From contig CAXXOU010000004.1 in assembly GCA_963677495.2 (NCBI GenBank), positions 544,001 to 608,000 on the forward strand: a stretch of 64,000 bases of DNA, given 5' to 3'. Positions 59,638 to 64,000 of the stretch are shown piece after piece. The DNA comes from Candidatus Cloacimonadales bacterium (GTDB lineage: Bacteria; Cloacimonadota; Cloacimonadia; Cloacimonadales; JAFGVF01). The first letter of the stretch is position 1. Each line of letters begins with the position of its first letter. The notes beneath the pieces are model-generated. The model had not been told where the DNA came from and did no database searches. It saw only the letters and a list, made by a program, of their open reading frames with translations. The position numbers and the translations under genes are program-made.

Positions 59638-60184
59638 TCTTCCTATACATGGTCAAATTGACCTGCTCTGTGTTATCTACGAAACTAAATTCGTTCTTCT
59701 TGTAAAAATCAATAATCTCAGTTTTCTCTTCAGGAATGCTAGGAACAAGTATCAATGATCCGGGAGTACTAACTTTTATGAACTCAGAAACCATGTTCAA
59801 TGCTTTAGAACCATAACCTTTTCGCCTGTTTTCTGATTTAAGATAGATAGGGATTCTAAAAGCTTTTCGCTCCTCATCCAATAACCATGAAGCGGAGAAT
59901 CCTATAATCTTATCATCTTTCTTTATCAGGAAAACATGACCTTTGTGACTCCAATGGATAATCATGGATTGGATAATCATACCTCTGAATAGCTTATGCC
60001 CAAGTTTCTCTCTCGGAGTAAGGTTCTGCATTCTATCTTCCGGGAAGATAAATGGTAGTAATCCACCTTTCTTTATCCACTTCTTAACTAATTTCAGCTT
60101 ATCCGATTCAAGTGGGGCGAGTACGAAATCATTATCTTGTAGTGTTATCTCATGTTTCTTCAATACTTTAATTGTTTTTGCCAT
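59630..60184 (-). CDS. GNAT family acetyltransferase
   Basis: RRKGYGSK acetyl-CoA motif, FYKKNEF. Confidence 0.7.
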   Translation of the reverse strand: MAKTIKVLKKHEITLQDNDFVLAPLESDKLKLVKKWIKKGGLLPFIFPEDRMQNLTPREKLGHKLFRGMIIQSMIIHWSHKGHVFLIKKDDKIIGFSASWLLDEERKAFRIPIYLKSENRRKGYGSKALNMVSEFIKVSTPGSLILVPSIPEEKTEIIDFYKKNEFSFVDNTEQVNLTMYRKNA

Positions 60185-60298
60185 AATCTTTGTATTTCTC
60201 TTATTTTGATGCTATCTGTATCTGTTCTAAATATCTTATATCTTCATATTCGTAAAGTTTTTTTTGACAGATACCTTTATTGGAGAGAGTATGCATTT

Positions 60299-61405
60299 AT
60301 GATTCTTAAATTCGACACCGAACAGAAAGAGATACGCAAGATTATCCATGTGGACATGGATATGTTTTTTGCTGCAATTGAGATTAGGGATAATCCATCG
60401 TTGGCTGATAAGCCTGTGATTGTTGGAGGACCACCTAATAGTAGGGGAGTTGTCTCAACTTGTAACTATATTGCAAGACGGTTTGGAGTACATTCTGCAA
60501 TGCCAAGTTTTCAGGCTGTGAAACTGTGTCCTCATGCTGTTTTTGTTCGAGGACGTTTCGATGCATATCGTGAAGCTTCAAAGCAGATTATGGAAATATT
60601 CTACAACTATACCGACATGGTTCAACCAGTCTCAATTGATGAAGCATATCTGGATGTAACAAAGAATAAAAAGGATATCCCTTCAGCTACTTGGATAGCC
60701 GAGAAAATACGCAAGGATATTGTAGATACAGTTCGTGTTACAGCGTCAGCCGGCGTGTCGTATAATAAGTTTTTAGCTAAGATAGCATCTGAGATGAATA
60801 AACCTGATGGTATGTTCGTAATCCCTCCCGATAAAGCACAGGAAGTGCTTGATAATCTTCCGATTGGTAAGTTTCATGGTATTGGTAAATCAACTGAGAC
60901 TAAAATGCGTTATCTCGGTATCAAAACTGGTGCAGATTTAAAGAAACTCAATATACATCAAATGGTACAACACTTCGGGAAAGTAGGTGTTTTCTACTAC
61001 AATATAGTTAGGGGAATTGATAAACGTATTGTGCATAATGACCATGTCCGTAAATCCATCAGCACTGAACGTACGTTTAGTAAAGATATATCTGAGCTAC
61101 CAGATATTATGATGGCTCTTGAACAGACTGCTAACCGTTTAGCAGATAGGATGGAAGCAAAAGATATTAAGGGTAAGACTATATCCATTAAAGTGAAGTA
61201 TAACGACTTCACTCTTATCAACAGATCTGCCACTGTGAAGAAATACACAAATAGTAGAGACAAGATTTTTCGCATTGCAAGAAAGCTCTTCAACGATTCA
61301 TGGGCTGCTGGGCGTAAAATCAGACTCATAGGTATATGCGTATCTACTCTTGATACTGATGAAACTGCAGGTGAACAACTGATTTTGCCTTTCTATGAAA
61401 TCTAG
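60299..61405 (+). CDS. dinB: DNA polymerase IV
   Basis: IIHVDMDMFFAAIE, TCNY.AR.FGV.SAMP, SIDEAYLD, KFLAKIAS..NKPDG; likely ATG at 60299. Confidence 0.95.
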   Translation: MILKFDTEQKEIRKIIHVDMDMFFAAIEIRDNPSLADKPVIVGGPPNSRGVVSTCNYIARRFGVHSAMPSFQAVKLCPHAVFVRGRFDAYREASKQIMEIFYNYTDMVQPVSIDEAYLDVTKNKKDIPSATWIAEKIRKDIVDTVRVTASAGVSYNKFLAKIASEMNKPDGMFVIPPDKAQEVLDNLPIGKFHGIGKSTETKMRYLGIKTGADLKKLNIHQMVQHFGKVGVFYYNIVRGIDKRIVHNDHVRKSISTERTFSKDISELPDIMMALEQTANRLADRMEAKDIKGKTISIKVKYNDFTLINRSATVKKYTNSRDKIFRIARKLFNDSWAAGRKIRLIGICVSTLDTDETAGEQLILPFYEI

Positions 61406-61577
61406 AAGTGAGGGTGCTAAAAGATAATATTCATCCTACTGGAAGCGGTTCATAATCCTACATTTTGCACTTATACTGACTGTTCTCGCTTTCAATATTA
61501 AACTAATTTTGAAAAAGCTTGACCACTGTAGAGCGAATTTATTTTATCTAAATTGCTAAACAACACAGGAGCAAAAA

Positions 61578-62909
61578 ATGTCTGATATTTCACAAAGAAA
61601 ATTACCTTATGATATAAATGCAGAAGCAGCCGTACTTTCGGCCATGATGATAGACCAAGCCACCCTTTCAGAAGGTGTCACAGACCTGAAACCGGAATTC
61701 TTCTACCGTACAGCTCATAGAATGATATATGCTACAATGATTGAACTGTATGAAGAGAACATCGAAGCTGACCCTATCACAATAATCAACAGATTAAAAA
61801 GAAAAGAGATACTTGATAAAGTCGGTGGGGCAGAATATATTAATGAGATATCAGATGTTGTATTATCTAGTGCAAACTATAGATTTCATGCTAGGATTGT
61901 TGAAGATCAATCACTTCTCAGAATGCTCATCACATCTTGCACTACGATTATTGAAACAGCCAGGAGCTCTGACCTTTCACCTAAAGAGGTAGTGGATAAA
62001 GCTGAACAGCTTATATTTGAAGTAGCTGAAAGACCCGGAACTCAGATATTTAGGTCAATTGCTGATGTTATTGATCCTACTCTTACCCATATTGAACAAG
62101 TAAATCAATCACATACACAAACTGATGGTGTTTCGACCGGCTGGCCTGACCTAGATAAGGTTACCGGTGGATTCAGACCCGGTCAGTTCATTGTTGTTGC
62201 TGCACGTCCAGCTATGGGTAAATCATCATTTGCTCTTAACTTAGCCTTAAACGCGTCTATATTCAGTAACAAGAAAGTAGCCATCTTTACAATGGAGATG
62301 GGAGCTGATGAGGTTGTTATGAGAATGCTTAGTTCCATGACAGAGGTGAAAATGGAATCTATGATTAAAGGTTATGGACTAACTGAACAGAAGATGACTA
62401 GAATCACAAATGTCGCTAAAGAGTTCTCTACTAAAGAGATTTTTATAGATGACACAGGAACAAACACAGCTTTGGATGTTCGTGCTAAAACCAGAAGACT
62501 TAAAGCTGAGATTGGTGGATTAGACCTTATTGTAATTGACTATTTACAGTTGATGTCCTCGGCAAACAATAGGGACAACAGGCAGCAAGAGATTTCAGAG
62601 ATATCTCGTGCTATGAAGGTCCTGGCAAAAGAGCTTGAACTTCCTGTAATTGCTCTATCACAGCTAAATCGTGGATTGGAATCACGTCCGGATAAACGAC
62701 CTATGCTCTCTGACCTTAGAGAATCAGGAGCGATTGAGCAGGATGCTGATATGGTTATGTTTATCTATCGTGATGACTATTATAACAAAGAGTCTGATGA
62801 ACCTAATGTCGCTGAAATTATCGTTGGAAAGAACCGTCATGGTTCAACAAATACAGTTAAGTTAAGATGGGAACGCGAGTACACCTGCTTCAAGAATCTG
62901 GAACAATAA
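61578..62909 (+). CDS. dnaB: Replicative DNA helicase
   Basis: AARPAMGKS, IDYLQLM, LSQLNR, DLRESGAIEQDAD, KNRHG; no intein. Confidence 0.98.
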   Translation: MSDISQRKLPYDINAEAAVLSAMMIDQATLSEGVTDLKPEFFYRTAHRMIYATMIELYEENIEADPITIINRLKRKEILDKVGGAEYINEISDVVLSSANYRFHARIVEDQSLLRMLITSCTTIIETARSSDLSPKEVVDKAEQLIFEVAERPGTQIFRSIADVIDPTLTHIEQVNQSHTQTDGVSTGWPDLDKVTGGFRPGQFIVVAARPAMGKSSFALNLALNASIFSNKKVAIFTMEMGADEVVMRMLSSMTEVKMESMIKGYGLTEQKMTRITNVAKEFSTKEIFIDDTGTNTALDVRAKTRRLKAEIGGLDLIVIDYLQLMSSANNRDNRQQEISEISRAMKVLAKELELPVIALSQLNRGLESRPDKRPMLSDLRESGAIEQDADMVMFIYRDDYYNKESDEPNVAEIIVGKNRHGSTNTVKLRWEREYTCFKNLEQ

Positions 62910-62910
62910 T

Positions 62911-63657
62911 ATGTTATCTCTCTTTGTTAGTTTAGGACAATACACAATCTTTACAGGGAAGTGTCTTCGCTTTATTCCTAATATCCCTAAACGTCTGTTT
63001 GAGATTGTGAAACAGATGAAAAGGATAGGTGTTGACTCTCTTTTCTTAATTGCCATCACATCAGGTTTCACCGGTTTGGTTACTGCATTACAAGCAATCT
63101 ATCAAACCAAAGGTTTTATACCAATGGACTATATTGGCGTAATGGTTGGTAAGTCCACAATGACAGAACTTGCTCCTGTTCTCACTGCTCTGGTTCTTAC
63201 CGGAAAGGTGGGTGCATCACTAACAGCAGAAATAGGTACAATGAAAGTAACAGAACAGGTCGATGCATTGAAAGCTCTTGCTGTAGAACCACATGATTAC
63301 CTTTATATGCCACGTATAGTTGCAGGTTTAATCATGGTGCCTATGCTAACAGTGATTGCAAATCTACTGGGAATAGTCTCTGCCTATGTTTTCTCAATCT
63401 ACCAATACAAAATAAACTTTCATACATTCTTTACAAACATGCAAAACTACTTCGAACCATTCGACCTTTGGAGTGGTCTGATTAAGTCATTAGTTTTTGG
63501 TTTTATTATCACATCAGTGGCTTGTTTTTGTGGTAGTCTAACTGAAGGTGGGGCAGAAGGAGTAGGAAAAATGACTACAACCTCTGTTGTTTATTCATCA
63601 ATCCTAATCTTAATCTTTGACTTTGTTGTTGCATGGTTCCTGTTTGGAGTAAGTTAA
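62911..63657 (+). CDS. mlaE: MlaE-type ABC permease
   Basis: ELAPVLTALVL.GKVG....AEIGTMKVTEQVDAL, GGAEGVG..TT.SVV. Confidence 0.93.
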   Translation: MLSLFVSLGQYTIFTGKCLRFIPNIPKRLFEIVKQMKRIGVDSLFLIAITSGFTGLVTALQAIYQTKGFIPMDYIGVMVGKSTMTELAPVLTALVLTGKVGASLTAEIGTMKVTEQVDALKALAVEPHDYLYMPRIVAGLIMVPMLTVIANLLGIVSAYVFSIYQYKINFHTFFTNMQNYFEPFDLWSGLIKSLVFGFIITSVACFCGSLTEGGAEGVGKMTTTSVVYSSILILIFDFVVAWFLFGVS

Positions 63658-63679
63658 TTCAATTAGTAATGGAGTATAA

Positions 63680-64000
63680 ATGTCTTTTAAAGTAGTACTA
63701 TATCAACCTGAAATTCCTGCTAATACAGGCAACATAGGTCGTTTATGTGTTGGCTCAGGAGCTGAATTACATATTATTAAACCAATGAGATTCATTCTAA
63801 GTGATAAACATCTGAAACGTGCCGGACTTGACTATTGGGATAAGCTTACACTAGTCATACATGATTCCTATGAAGATTTCATTGCCAAGTATCCTGACAC
63901 CAATATCTACTATTGCACTACAAAAACAGATAAGCTATACACAGATATTGAGTTTAAGGATGGAGATGCCCTTATCTTTGGCCCTGAATCTCGTGGGATT
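63680..64000 (+). CDS. trmL: tRNA (cytidine/uridine(34)-2'-O)-methyltransferase, partial (runs off the window)
   Basis: Not in the ORF track; my translation MSFKVVLYQPEIPANTGNIGRLC...LKRAGLDYW...LIFGPESRGI. Confidence 0.93.
   Translation, partial: MSFKVVLYQPEIPANTGNIGRLCVGSGAELHIIKPMRFILSDKHLKRAGLDYWDKLTLVIHDSYEDFIAKYPDTNIYYCTTKTDKLYTDIEFKDGDALIFGPESRGI

Noticed and set aside
252..63071. Numerous short ORFs antisense to or nested in real genes (e.g. 3109-3516, 15955-16434, 21570-22016, 45951-46436, 14667-15083)
   Set aside because: Shadow frames of well-supported genes or of repeat DNA; no RBS or domain evidence.

Overview
Low-GC (my visual estimate, roughly 35-37%) chromosomal window from a diderm anaerobe, most likely phylum Cloacimonadota. 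That assignment is inferred from a close match to 3-aminobutyryl-CoA aminotransferase Kat as I recall it and from secreted proteins ending in FlgD/T9SS-like YPNP...YN..GQ...SG.Y C-terminal domains. The window holds housekeeping genes (nagZ, kat, thiolase, hslO, sppA, purL, dinB, dnaB, mlaE, trmL, tRNA-Leu(CAG)) and several large secreted proteins: a caspase-domain protein, a 3579-aa FN3-repeat protein, an M6 metalloprotease and a beta-helix protein. The intergenic regions are filled with nested miniature palindromic repeats. No transposase, integrase, prophage, rRNA or CRISPR array was seen. The strongest lead for an undescribed system is the translationally coupled four-gene operon at 43754-50809. 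It encodes a glutamate dehydrogenase homolog whose catalytic Lys is replaced by Tyr, two ATP-grasp plus phospho-His-swivel dikinase-like proteins with no pyruvate-binding domain (one fused to a GAF-like sensor and a pol-beta nucleotidyltransferase), and a metallophosphoesterase. This layout suggests a sensor/writer/eraser signalling module. Other leads are a strongly structured plus-strand RNA candidate at 5097-5412, a catalytically dead C10 protease domain heading the giant FN3 protein, intergenic arrays with a strict 11-bp period built from unrelated core motifs, and a cassette-like repeat family. All family calls come from motif recognition by eye; no database search was run.
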